Positions 53,577 to 63,379 of a stretch of 64,000 nt of DNA are shown in pieces. Within the stretch, counting starts at the first letter, position 1. Each line of letters begins with the position of its first letter. Position numbers and translations under genes: made by a program. The notes under the pieces are model-generated. The model saw only the letters and a list, made by a program, of their open reading frames with translations. It was not told the origin of the DNA and did not search any database. Source of the stretch: an uncultured delta proteobacterium (GTDB lineage Bacteria; Desulfobacterota; Desulfobacteria; Desulfobacterales; Desulfosalsimonadaceae); contig CAWGYD010000001.1 in the NCBI GenBank assembly GCA_963826785.1, positions 736,001 to 800,000 on the forward strand, given 5' to 3'.

Positions 53577-56012
53577 ATGAGCAATCCCAGAATCGGCGTA
53601 TTTTTGTGCAGATGCGGAGAAAAGATCGAACCCTTGGTCGATCTGGCCGCATTCAAGGAAAAAGTGAAAAAAGATCCGGCGGTCGCCTGCTGCGACATCC
53701 TGCCGTATCCCTGCCTGGAACCCGGCATGGACCACATATTGAAGCAGATCCGGGAAAAGGGCATCAACCGGCTCATCGTGGCCGGGTGTGAAAACCGGCT
53801 GATGCTGAAAAAATTCGAGCGGAAAATGGAACCGGAAGGAATCAAAAAAGGGCAGGTGGATGTGATCAATATCCGGGGCCATGTGGCCGCGGTCAGCGAT
53901 GAAACCCCGGCCCGGAAAGCGGAGAAGGGCGCCAAGCTGGTCCTCGCCTCGGTGGCTGAAATGGCCGCCATGCAGCCGAGCATCCAGAAATCCGTTTCCG
54001 TAACTTATCCGCCCCTCATCGTGGGCGGCGGCATCGCCTCGTTCAGCGCGGCCCAGGAACTGGTCCGCCAGGGGATCGACTGCCTGATCTCAGTTGAAGA
54101 AACAGATCCGGAGGTCATCCTTCAGAATCTGTACAGGACCTATCCAGGGGAGCGCATCAATTACGGCCGTTTGAAGAGCCTGATCTCTACTGTGGTTGAA
54201 AATCCCCATGTCACCATCCTTCCGCCGGGGCAGCTGTCCGGGCTGGCCGGAGTGACCGGGGACTATGCCCTCACCTTTTCGGATGCAGAGACCATGACCG
54301 GCCGGACATACAGGGCCGGCACCGTTATCGCCTGTCTGGACGGCGAATTGTCGTCTCCCGGCCCGGAATTTGGATATGACGGAAAGACGGTGGTGTGCCA
54401 GACAGAGTTTGAACACAGGGTTTTCAATCAGCAGCTTCCCGAAGGAAACACGGTTTTCTGGATCAATGACTACGAGCACGGCCAGCCGGAAAACGCCCAG
54501 CTTTCGGGCCGGACCGCCTGGAACATCGGGAGGCACATCCTGGAAAATTCACCCAAAGCCCGGGTGGTCATTTTGTACAACGAGCAGATGGCCCTTCCCA
54601 TCAGCACGGCGGAGCGCAACATCAGCCGAAAACTCGGGATGATCTGGGTTCCCTATGATAAGTCGGTCCAGCCGATCCTCCAGGCCGGGTTTATCAATTT
54701 CGGGGGCATCAACGATCACCTGGAGCATGAGCTGCCCTGGGATCACCTGGTGCTCTCCCCCGTGCGCAAGATCGGCCCCGCGGCCATGAAGACGGCCCGG
54801 ATACTGGGCATCGTCCATGAGGACAGCCAGTTTCTGGGCATCCACCATGCCCGGGTGCGGCCGGAAATGGTCGGCCGCGAAGAAACCTACCTGGCCGGCA
54901 GTGCCCGGTATGCCTGTGATCTGACCGATGCGCTCGGCCAGGGGAGAAAAGCCGGAAAAAAGAACGCGGAAATGATCGAAAAATCGAAAGCCGGCAATTT
55001 ATTTGCGCCCCGGGTGGTGTGCGTGGTGGATACGGACAAGTGCGTGGGGTGCGGACAGTGCCAGGAGCTGTGCGACTGCGGCGGCATCGGCGTGGCCGAA
55101 GGGAACGGCGGCGGCCTGCCCCGGGTTGTGGACCCCATGGTCTGCACCGGCGGGGGCACCTGCGCGGCGGCCTGCCCGTACAATGCCCTGACGCTTCAAA
55201 ACAATACCAATGACCAGCGGGAAGCCCGGGTGGCCGCCCTGGCCAGGCAGATGGCCGATGATGAGTTCGTGGCCTTTGCCTGCTCCTGGGCGGGACTCCC
55301 GGCGGCGGACAATGCCGGAAACCGGGGCATGAAATACAACCCCCGGATTCACATGATCGGGGTGCCCTGCCTGGGGCAGATCGATCCGAGCGTCATGGCA
55401 CGGGCTTTTGTGGAAGGAGCACCGGGGCTGCTGCTGGTGGGGTGCGTACCCGAGGACTGCCATCATTCCTTTGGCATCGACCATGCCTGGAGCCGGGTCA
55501 ACCTGATGAAAAAGCTTTTCCTTTTGTGCGGGTTTGACCGGAACCGGATCACCATCGCCCATGCCGACCTGAACCAGCCGGAGGAATTCATCAAGACCGT
55601 GGACAGCTTTTCCAAGATGATCACCGCCCTGGGGCCCATTGAAAAATCTCCGGCCAATCAGGAGAAGCTGGAAAGCATCTACCGTCTGGTCAAATACAAC
55701 TCGCGCATCCGCCTGCTGCTTTCCGCCGGACTGCGGCGGCCCTGGGAGAATACCTACCGGGGGGATCAGCGGTTTGCGCTGCAGTACGACCGGGAGGATT
55801 TCATCACCGCAGTCAAGGAGGAACTGGTCAAGTCCCGCCTGGAAGGGATCTTCCTGACATCGAAAACGCAGCCATTCGACATTGATCACCTGAAGGAACT
55901 CATCTGCGAAGAAAAGCAGCAGGTGCTTTCACAGCTGTCGGAAATGGTCTCGGAAGGCACGATCAGCGTCCGATATCAGAAGGGCAAACCCTACTACCTG
56001 TGGCCCAATTAG
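53577..56012 (+). CDS. HdrA-like / ferredoxin / MvhD fusion (QmoB-like layout) with a C-terminal extension
   Basis: IGVFLCRCG, IVGGGIAS, CVGCGQC, CTGGGTCAAACP, and MvhD-like FACSW...PCLGQID...GCVPEDCH. Confidence 0.82.
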   Translation: MSNPRIGVFLCRCGEKIEPLVDLAAFKEKVKKDPAVACCDILPYPCLEPGMDHILKQIREKGINRLIVAGCENRLMLKKFERKMEPEGIKKGQVDVINIRGHVAAVSDETPARKAEKGAKLVLASVAEMAAMQPSIQKSVSVTYPPLIVGGGIASFSAAQELVRQGIDCLISVEETDPEVILQNLYRTYPGERINYGRLKSLISTVVENPHVTILPPGQLSGLAGVTGDYALTFSDAETMTGRTYRAGTVIACLDGELSSPGPEFGYDGKTVVCQTEFEHRVFNQQLPEGNTVFWINDYEHGQPENAQLSGRTAWNIGRHILENSPKARVVILYNEQMALPISTAERNISRKLGMIWVPYDKSVQPILQAGFINFGGINDHLEHELPWDHLVLSPVRKIGPAAMKTARILGIVHEDSQFLGIHHARVRPEMVGREETYLAGSARYACDLTDALGQGRKAGKKNAEMIEKSKAGNLFAPRVVCVVDTDKCVGCGQCQELCDCGGIGVAEGNGGGLPRVVDPMVCTGGGTCAAACPYNALTLQNNTNDQREARVAALARQMADDEFVAFACSWAGLPAADNAGNRGMKYNPRIHMIGVPCLGQIDPSVMARAFVEGAPGLLLVGCVPEDCHHSFGIDHAWSRVNLMKKLFLLCGFDRNRITIAHADLNQPEEFIKTVDSFSKMITALGPIEKSPANQEKLESIYRLVKYNSRIRLLLSAGLRRPWENTYRGDQRFALQYDREDFITAVKEELVKSRLEGIFLTSKTQPFDIDHLKELICEEKQQVLSQLSEMVSEGTISVRYQKGKPYYLWPN

Positions 56013-56513
56013 CCTTGTGCCGGATTCGATGCATGCCCCGTCCTGCTGCAGATTTCATGTTTGGTTTCGGAAGGTGCATGCATCAGCCAGGCATTTCGGT
56101 TTTGTTTTTCCGGAGAAATTCGTGTGAACATATTTTCAAAAGATCTCGTAACGTATTTTCACGTCATGCCTGGGAAGGCAGCCTTTCGTAAATACCCGTC
56201 ATCACGGTGTTCCCGTCTTAACGGGAATGGCGGCAGCCAGGCTTTCCATGCTTTTTACGATTTTATCAAATTTATTATTGCAAAAAGAAGGTGTTGATTA
56301 TAAAAAATGCAGTTCCGTGCGGAACGCCATCATCTCAAAGGCCGATATTGTTCGAATATCAACGCCTGTGAATAAGTTCTTGATGCAAATAAGTCCCACA
56401 GTGTGGTATAAGATTTTTTAAAAAGTTTATCAAACACTGGCGAAAATTTCATGGAACCGCCGTTTTATTTATTAGGCTGCACCCCTGGTCGGTGGGTTCC
56501 TGGACGCATTCAA

Positions 56514-56560
56514 CGGCTTCCTGCCCGCGGATATCTCACAGGCAGGAAGCCGCAATTTTA
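56514..56560 (+). terminator. Perfect 12-bp hairpin with an AT-rich tail in the hmcA upstream region
   Basis: CGGCTTCCTGCC / GGCAGGAAGCCG followed by CAATTTTAATT. Confidence 0.55.
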
Positions 56561-56904
56561 ATTATTTGAAAAGTAAGCATGGAGCCTGCCCGAGATCATT
56601 TGCACCGCTCGATGGATCGGTTTTTCCGCCAGGGGCGATGGGACATCTGTTTTCCTGTCCGGCAAAAGCACACCCGCTGCCGGACAGAGGCGCTGAAGCG
56701 CAAGATGTATTCAATGCGTTTCAGTCCGCCTGTCCTTTATTCAAAACACATTTACGGGCGCAGGGTTTTCCTTCCATATATTTGTCATCCAGATCACAAA
56801 ACTTCATTGCTGCCCTTCCTTTTGTCCGGAGGCCATATCTTTCCGGATGTGCGATTTGGGGCAGGCTTGAACCGTTTGTAATATTTTTGAAGGATTAGTG
56901 GAAT

Positions 56905-58494
56905 ATGAAGAGGAGAAAACATCTGGTGGGTTTGGCCTGTATGTTATCGATTGCCAGTGTCGGTATTTTTTGTACCCACCTGTACGGGGTGCAGCAGAAT
57001 TTGACGGATTCTGCCCGGTCCCGTACCGACCTGATCAAAATTGACGGCATGAGTGCTTTCGGCCCGCTTGAAAAATCGCCTGTCGAATTTCTCCATGACG
57101 CGCACACCAAAGCCCTGTCCGGGAAGAACAAGGACTGCAGCGTCTGCCACCTGAAAGACAATGAGGGCATGTCCGTAAAGTTCCTGCGAATCAAGGATAC
57201 GGACCGGATCGAGGTGATGAACGTTTACCATAAAGGATGCATTTCCTGCCACGGGGAAATGAAACTGGCCAACGAGAAGGCCGGGCCCACCGAATGCGAT
57301 GAATGTCATCGGGACAAATCAGAATATTCATCCGCGCAGCAACCCATGGGTTTTGATAAATCCCTGCACTTTCGCCACGTGGAGGCACAGCAGAAGAAAT
57401 GTGAACGGTGCCATCACGAGTACGATGAAAAGCAGAAAAAGCTTTTTTACGCCAAGGGAAAAGAAGGGACCTGCCGCTACTGCCATCTGCCGGAAACCCG
57501 AGACAATGTTATCTCCATGCGCCTGGCATCCCATACGGCCTGCGTCAACTGCCACAGCAAAAATATTTCGCAGAATCTGAGCAGCGGCCCGGTAACGTGC
57601 GCGGGGTGCCATGATCGGGCGGCCCAGGCAAAAATCAAAAAAATATCTCCCGTGCCGAGAATGGATCGAAACCAGCCGGATATGGTCTTGATCAAGACGC
57701 AGGCGAAAGCGGCGGCTGCCGATGTCAATCAAGAGCCAAACCGGATGAAATTCGTTCCTTTTGATCACAAATTGCACGAACAATATAACGAAACCTGCCG
57801 GGTCTGCCACCATGAAAGCCTGCAGCCGTGCAATGAATGCCATACCCTTGCCGGAAAAAAGGAGGGCGAGGGCGTCAATCTCGAAAATGCCATGCATCGG
57901 GTTGACGCATCAGAAAGCTGCATGGGATGCCATGAGATCCGGCAGGCATCGCAGGACTGCGCGGGCTGCCATGCCCCCATGGGCAGGACCCGCGTAAAAG
58001 AAGACGATTCCTGCCAAAGCTGCCACATGATGCCGGTGCCTGAAACGAAACAGGGGATGAGCCCCGATCAGGAAAAATTGCTGGCATCGGCAATGCTGAA
58101 GAACAGAAAACCGGTAAGCGGCACATACCCGGAAAATGATATACCGGAAAAGGTGACCGTCGGGCATCTTTCCAAAGAATATGAACCGGTTGAGTTTCCG
58201 CACCGCAAAATCGTTCATGCCCTTGCCGAAAGAATCAAGGATGACAAGCTGGCCGGCTATTTTCACAGCGGGGAAGGGACCCTCTGCAAGGGATGCCACC
58301 ATCACAGCCCGGCCGCCAAAAAGCCGCCGCAATGCAGAAGTTGTCATGGCCAGTCCTTTGATGAAACCAATCCGTTAAAACCCGGGATCATGGGCGCCTA
58401 TCACCAGCAGTGCATGGGTTGCCACCAGGAGATGGGCATCAAAAAACCCGCCGGGTGCACTGAATGCCATCAAAAAAAGACGAATCAATTGTAG
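56905..58494 (+). CDS. hmcA: High-molecular-weight 16-heme cytochrome c
   Basis: Signal peptide and 16 CxxCH motifs counted in c3-like blocks. Confidence 0.95.
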   Translation: MKRRKHLVGLACMLSIASVGIFCTHLYGVQQNLTDSARSRTDLIKIDGMSAFGPLEKSPVEFLHDAHTKALSGKNKDCSVCHLKDNEGMSVKFLRIKDTDRIEVMNVYHKGCISCHGEMKLANEKAGPTECDECHRDKSEYSSAQQPMGFDKSLHFRHVEAQQKKCERCHHEYDEKQKKLFYAKGKEGTCRYCHLPETRDNVISMRLASHTACVNCHSKNISQNLSSGPVTCAGCHDRAAQAKIKKISPVPRMDRNQPDMVLIKTQAKAAAADVNQEPNRMKFVPFDHKLHEQYNETCRVCHHESLQPCNECHTLAGKKEGEGVNLENAMHRVDASESCMGCHEIRQASQDCAGCHAPMGRTRVKEDDSCQSCHMMPVPETKQGMSPDQEKLLASAMLKNRKPVSGTYPENDIPEKVTVGHLSKEYEPVEFPHRKIVHALAERIKDDKLAGYFHSGEGTLCKGCHHHSPAAKKPPQCRSCHGQSFDETNPLKPGIMGAYHQQCMGCHQEMGIKKPAGCTECHQKKTNQL

Positions 58495-58509
58495 GCTGAG
58501 GTATTTCGT

Positions 58510-59550
58510 ATGTCCATATCACGAAGAAAGTTTCTATGGTGGATCGGCGCAGCGGGCCTGGGAACCACCGTGGGCAAATCGGCGATTGCCGGCGGCAATA
58601 AACATTTCGAGGGATACCCCGACAGTTTCGGCGTTCTGCACGACATCACCCAGTGCGTCGGATGCCGGAGCTGCGAGGCGGCCTGTGCCCGGGTCAATGA
58701 CCTCCCCACGCCGGACAGGCCGTTTACGGATCTTTCCGTTCTCAAGGAGAAAAGAAGAACAACGGCTTCTTCCTATACAGTGGTCAATAAATTTGAAGTC
58801 CCGGGTCAAAAATCACCTCTGTTTGTCAAAAAGCAGTGCAATCACTGCCTGGAGCCCGCATGTGCATCGGCATGTTTTGTGAGGGCTTTTCAAAAAACGG
58901 AAACCGGGGCGGTCACCTATGATCCCGGCGTATGCGTAGGGTGCCGGTACTGCATGATTGCCTGCCCGTTCGAGATCCCGACCTATGAATATGATGAGGC
59001 GTTTTCCCCCCGGGTCATGAAATGCACCATGTGCTATCCCCGGGTGATCAAGGGGGAGCTTCCCGCATGTGTCGCGGCCTGCCCGAAAGAGGCGCTTACC
59101 TTCGGACGGCGGGAAGATCTGATCACCATCGCCCGGTCCCGGATCCGCAAATACCCGGACAGGTATGTCGATCACATCTACGGCGAAACCGAAATGGGCG
59201 GGACCAGCTGGCTGTATCTTTCGAGCGTGCCGTTTTCTCAAATCGGCATGCGCGAGGACCTGGGCATTACGCCGGCGCCCGAACTGACGTCCGGCGCGCT
59301 GTCGGCGGTTCCCGTGGTGGTCGGGCTGTGGCCGGTCCTGTTGATGGGATTGTTCGCCGTGTCCAAACGCAAGGAGAGCATTGCGCGGCAGGAAGTTGCC
59401 GAGGCGGTCCGGGCGGCTTCCGAAGATGCAGATTTAAAACTGGAAAAAGCCCTGGCAGATGCCGAACGCGAAAAAGCGGCGGCGGTTGAAAAAGCGGTTA
59501 AAAACGCACTTGGAAAAGATGACCGGCCCCGGAACAAGGAGGAAAACTGA
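58510..59550 (+). CDS. hmcB: Hmc complex Fe-S subunit
   Basis: Tat signal SRRKFL, four Cys clusters (CVGCRSC, CNHC, CVGCRYC, CTMC) and a C-terminal TM. Confidence 0.92.
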   Translation: MSISRRKFLWWIGAAGLGTTVGKSAIAGGNKHFEGYPDSFGVLHDITQCVGCRSCEAACARVNDLPTPDRPFTDLSVLKEKRRTTASSYTVVNKFEVPGQKSPLFVKKQCNHCLEPACASACFVRAFQKTETGAVTYDPGVCVGCRYCMIACPFEIPTYEYDEAFSPRVMKCTMCYPRVIKGELPACVAACPKEALTFGRREDLITIARSRIRKYPDRYVDHIYGETEMGGTSWLYLSSVPFSQIGMREDLGITPAPELTSGALSAVPVVVGLWPVLLMGLFAVSKRKESIARQEVAEAVRAASEDADLKLEKALADAEREKAAAVEKAVKNALGKDDRPRNKEEN

Positions 59551-60722
59551 TGTCCGACAGCTCTGCCCTGGCGGCCAGATCATGGCTGACCCCTTTTAAT
59601 ATCGTGGCCGGCGCCATCATCATCCTGGGGATGATTCTCACCGTCATGAGATTCACCATGGGATTGGGGGCGGTCACCCATCTGTCCAATGACAACCCCT
59701 GGGGAATATGGATCGGGTTTGATCTGATGGTGGGCGTGGCGCTGGCGGCCGGCGGCTACGTCACATCGGCGGCCGTCTACCTTCTGGGAATGAAAAAATA
59801 TCACAGCGCGGTGCGGCCGGCGGTGCTGACGGGGTTTCTCGGTTATTCCCTGGTGGTGTTCGCGTTGACCTACGATGTGGGGCGGCCGTGGCGTCTGCCG
59901 TATCCATTTCTCGTACAGCAGGGGACCACCTCCTTTTTGTTTGAAGTGGCCCTGTGTGTTGCGCTCTACCTGACGGTTTTGTTCCTCGAGTTCATGCCGG
60001 CTCCCCTGGAATGGCTGGGCCTGAAAAAAGTAAGACAACTTGCCGTCCGGCTGACGCTGGCGCTGACGGTTTTAGGGGTTGTGCTTTCCACCCTCCATCA
60101 GTCTTCCCTGGGCGCCCTTTTCCTGATCGCGCCGTCAAAGCTTCACCCCCTGTGGTACTCGCCCTACCTGCCCGTATTTTTCTTCATCTCCAGCATCATC
60201 GCCGGATTGTCCATGGTGATCTTCGAGAGCACGCTTTCACATCGGTATTTCGCGGACAAAATGGATGCGGCGCATGAAAAGGAACATGAAGGCGTGACTC
60301 TTGGTTTCGGAAAAGCCGCGTCTTTGGTGCTTGCCGGCTACTTTTCCATAAAGGTGATGGGGATTGCCGGTTCAAATACCTGGAACCTGCTGACCACCCC
60401 CTATGGGCTCTGGTTTCTGGTCGAGTTGATGGGGTTCGTGGCCCTGCCTTCATTTTTGTATGCGGTCGGGGTTCGAAACCGGGATATTAAACTGATAAAA
60501 TGGACCGCCGCCTGGACGGTGCTCGGCATTGTCGTCAACCGGCTCAATGTCAGTCTGATTGCGTTCAACTGGCAGCTTCCGGCCAGCCAGCGATATTTCC
60601 CCAGCTGGATGGAAATCGCCACCTCGGTTTTTATCGTCACCGTCGGCATCGTTGTTTTCCGGTTTATCGTGACGCGAATGCCGATTTTCTATGCGCACCC
60701 GGATTACAAGGATACCCACTAG
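59550..60722 (+). CDS. hmcC: Hmc complex NrfD-family membrane subunit
   Basis: PWGIWIGFD, DVGRPWR and STLHQSSLG. Confidence 0.92.
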   Translation: MSDSSALAARSWLTPFNIVAGAIIILGMILTVMRFTMGLGAVTHLSNDNPWGIWIGFDLMVGVALAAGGYVTSAAVYLLGMKKYHSAVRPAVLTGFLGYSLVVFALTYDVGRPWRLPYPFLVQQGTTSFLFEVALCVALYLTVLFLEFMPAPLEWLGLKKVRQLAVRLTLALTVLGVVLSTLHQSSLGALFLIAPSKLHPLWYSPYLPVFFFISSIIAGLSMVIFESTLSHRYFADKMDAAHEKEHEGVTLGFGKAASLVLAGYFSIKVMGIAGSNTWNLLTTPYGLWFLVELMGFVALPSFLYAVGVRNRDIKLIKWTAAWTVLGIVVNRLNVSLIAFNWQLPASQRYFPSWMEIATSVFIVTVGIVVFRFIVTRMPIFYAHPDYKDTH

Positions 60723-60788
60723 CCGCATGGGCGAGGAAACCGGAAGGGGCAAGGCACCCAAAAAAGAATTCAAGGAGTCATTTTTCTG

Positions 60789-60929
60789 ATGGAAACCGTT
60801 TATTTCACTTCTCAGGACTTTTATACCCATACCAAAGGGGTTCTGTATCTGTTGATGTTTGCGGCTGTGATCGGGACTGCATTTTTCTGGAAATTCCTGT
60901 CCGGAAAGGATGACGAGGAAGCATCTTGA
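60789..60929 (+). CDS. hmcD: Small single-TM Hmc subunit, 46 aa (not in the ORF track)
   Basis: AAGGAG RBS; METVYFTSQDFYTHTKGVLYLLMFAAVIGTAFFWKFLSGKDDEEAS; position after hmcC. Confidence 0.85.
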   Translation: METVYFTSQDFYTHTKGVLYLLMFAAVIGTAFFWKFLSGKDDEEAS

Positions 60930-60988
60930 ACCCGCATAAACGCAATCTGTCCGCTCACGGAAAAGGAATCTAAAAGGAAATCCGACAC

Positions 60989-62500
60989 ATGTTTTACAAC
61001 GTCATCCTGTACATGGCCCTGGCCGTTTTCGGGGTTGGTCTGATCTATAAAATTTCAGGCTGGTTCCGTTTCAGCATCGGTGTCAACCCCTGGAACGAAA
61101 ACAGGCCGGCAAGGTTTCGGACCGCCCTGAAAGGCATGCTGTCGGCCGTCTTCAGTAAAAAAGGCAAGGTGCTGGTCCGGGTGTTTATCACGGACGTGCT
61201 GCTGCAGCTGCAGATACTGAGAAAAAGCAGGCTGCGCTGGCTCATGCACATGCTCATTTTTGCGCCTTTCCTGTTCCTCTTGTTTACGCATGCCCTGGCC
61301 AAAATCATCCCGGTTTCGTTTTATGGCCGCTATTATCTGAAGCCCAATCCCTTCCTGCTCCTTGCCGGATGCATGATACTGGCCGGGCTGGGCATCGCCC
61401 TATACCGCCGATTCGTTTTGAAAGTGCCGCGGCTTCAGACCCGTTCCATGGATCTTTCCATCATCGTCATACTGGCCGTTATTATCGTTTCCGGCATCGC
61501 CATGGAACTGACCAAGCTCACCTCCTACAACCATTATCAGCCGATCTGGAACATTCATGTCCTGACCTGCTTTTTCGGGCTTGCCTATGTGCCGTTCAGC
61601 AAAATGCTGCATGTGTTCACCACGCCGGCAAGCCTGCTCTCCAATGCCGTCATGGATCAAAACGCCGCTCCGGGCAACATCATGACCCGTCAGGCAATGG
61701 AACTGGACGCCTGCACCCGCTGCAGCACCTGCAGCCTTCAGTGCTCCGTTGCAACTGCCGCCGACAGCATCGGAAACCCGCATATCCTGCCGTCGGAAAG
61801 AATGATGTTTCTGAAGGATTATATCGCGGACAAGCGGATCAGCGCGCGGGGTCTTGCCGCGATTCAGCAGGGAATATACCTCTGCACGAATTGTGATCGC
61901 TGCACCGTGGCCTGTCCTGCGGGAATCAATCTGCGGGACCTGTGGTTCAATGTCCGGGAAGAAATGATTCAGCGCGGGGGGGGCGTTCCCCTGATGCTGA
62001 CGCCCTTTTCGTTTTACCGGGGACTCAAGCAGGACAAACTGGATCGGCAAGCATATGACCATCCGCTGGACATCACAGAAAAAGCCCTGACCGGGCACTT
62101 TGAACTGCTCAACCAGACCGATGCCGTCATCGAGCTGACATCCGCCGGCCGGGAATTCAAGACATCAGCCGGACTTTCGCTCCGGGCACGCACCAGTTCC
62201 TATTGCTTCACCTGTGAAAACTGCTCGACCGTGTGCCCGGTGGTCGGCAATTATGACGACCCGAAGGCGCATCTCGACCTGCTGCCGCACCAGATTATAC
62301 GGTCCCTGGGTTTTGGCCTCAAAGACCTGGCGCTGGGTTCCCGGATGCTGTGGTACTGTCTGACCTGCTACCAGTGCCAGGAGCACTGCCCCCAGGGTGT
62401 GAAAGTGACGGATGTCTTCTATGAACTGAAAAACCTTGCGGTAAAAAAGGCCAATCCTTCCCCCCAGAACATCGCAATGGATGAACGCGCTGTAAATTAG
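60989..62500 (+). CDS. HmcE/NarI-like diheme-b membrane domain fused to two HdrC-like 2x[4Fe-4S] domains
   Basis: His pairs WLMH...FTH and NIH...SKMLH; CTRCSTC, CTNCDRC, CFTCENC and CLTCYQC. Confidence 0.85.
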   Translation: MFYNVILYMALAVFGVGLIYKISGWFRFSIGVNPWNENRPARFRTALKGMLSAVFSKKGKVLVRVFITDVLLQLQILRKSRLRWLMHMLIFAPFLFLLFTHALAKIIPVSFYGRYYLKPNPFLLLAGCMILAGLGIALYRRFVLKVPRLQTRSMDLSIIVILAVIIVSGIAMELTKLTSYNHYQPIWNIHVLTCFFGLAYVPFSKMLHVFTTPASLLSNAVMDQNAAPGNIMTRQAMELDACTRCSTCSLQCSVATAADSIGNPHILPSERMMFLKDYIADKRISARGLAAIQQGIYLCTNCDRCTVACPAGINLRDLWFNVREEMIQRGGGVPLMLTPFSFYRGLKQDKLDRQAYDHPLDITEKALTGHFELLNQTDAVIELTSAGREFKTSAGLSLRARTSSYCFTCENCSTVCPVVGNYDDPKAHLDLLPHQIIRSLGFGLKDLALGSRMLWYCLTCYQCQEHCPQGVKVTDVFYELKNLAVKKANPSPQNIAMDERAVN

Positions 62501-62507
62501 GAACTCG

Positions 62508-63371
62508 ATGATGAAATATGCCTTATTTCTCGGATGTAATATTCCGGTCAGAGTCGCGCAGTATGAACTTTCCGCCAGAGCCGTGTTGAATCATCTCGGC
62601 ATAGAGGCGGCGGATAACGCTGAATTCAAGTGCTGCGGCAATCCCATCCGGAATACGGACAACAAGACATTTGTCCTGATGGCCGCCCGGAATCTTGCGC
62701 TGGCGGAGCAGCAGGGGCTGGAAATGATGGTGCTTTGCAAATGCTGCTACGGCAGCCTGAAAAAAGCGGCCCACCTGATGAATCAAGACCCCGGCCTGAA
62801 AGAAGAAGTCAACGCGGTGCTTGCCCGGGAGGGATTGCAGTACACGGGGGATGCCAGGGTGAAGCATTTCCTTTCCGTCCTGTATCATGACATGGGGTTG
62901 GATGTCATTTCAGAAAAAGTGACCCGGCCCTTCAAAGGGCTGAAGATCGCCACCCATTACGGCTGTCATGCCCTGCGGCCCAGTGATGTCACCGAATTTG
63001 ACGACCCGGTCGCACCGGTATTGTTTGACAAACTGGTCTCCGCCACCGGTGCCCAGAGCATCAACTGGCCCATGAAGCTGGAATGCTGCGGCGCTCCGCT
63101 CACGGGTGTCAATGACCGTCTGGCCATGGATTTGACCGAAAAAAAACTGGCCGATGGAAAACGGGCCGGGGCCGACTTTCTGTGTGTCGCCTGCCCCTAT
63201 TGCCAGATGCAGTTCGACCGGGTCCAGCAAATGATGCCACCTGCCGGTATGGGCCTCGCCAGCATGGTTTTTCCCCAGCTTCTCGGGCTTGCCATGGGCA
63301 TCAGCGGGGATGCCCTGGGGATCGCCATGAACAAAATTAATAACAACAGTATTGAATCCTTTCTGGAGTAA
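62508..63371 (+). CDS. hdrB: Heterodisulfide reductase subunit B
   Basis: Two CCG domains: LGC..CCG..CKCC and HYGCH..CCG..CPYC. Confidence 0.92.
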   Translation: MMKYALFLGCNIPVRVAQYELSARAVLNHLGIEAADNAEFKCCGNPIRNTDNKTFVLMAARNLALAEQQGLEMMVLCKCCYGSLKKAAHLMNQDPGLKEEVNAVLAREGLQYTGDARVKHFLSVLYHDMGLDVISEKVTRPFKGLKIATHYGCHALRPSDVTEFDDPVAPVLFDKLVSATGAQSINWPMKLECCGAPLTGVNDRLAMDLTEKKLADGKRAGADFLCVACPYCQMQFDRVQQMMPPAGMGLASMVFPQLLGLAMGISGDALGIAMNKINNNSIESFLE

Positions 63372-63379
63372 GAGGAAAA

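Noticed and set aside
56566..56898. 100-110-aa ORFs upstream of hmcA
   Set aside because: They show no protein-like features, and RNA structure explains the region better.
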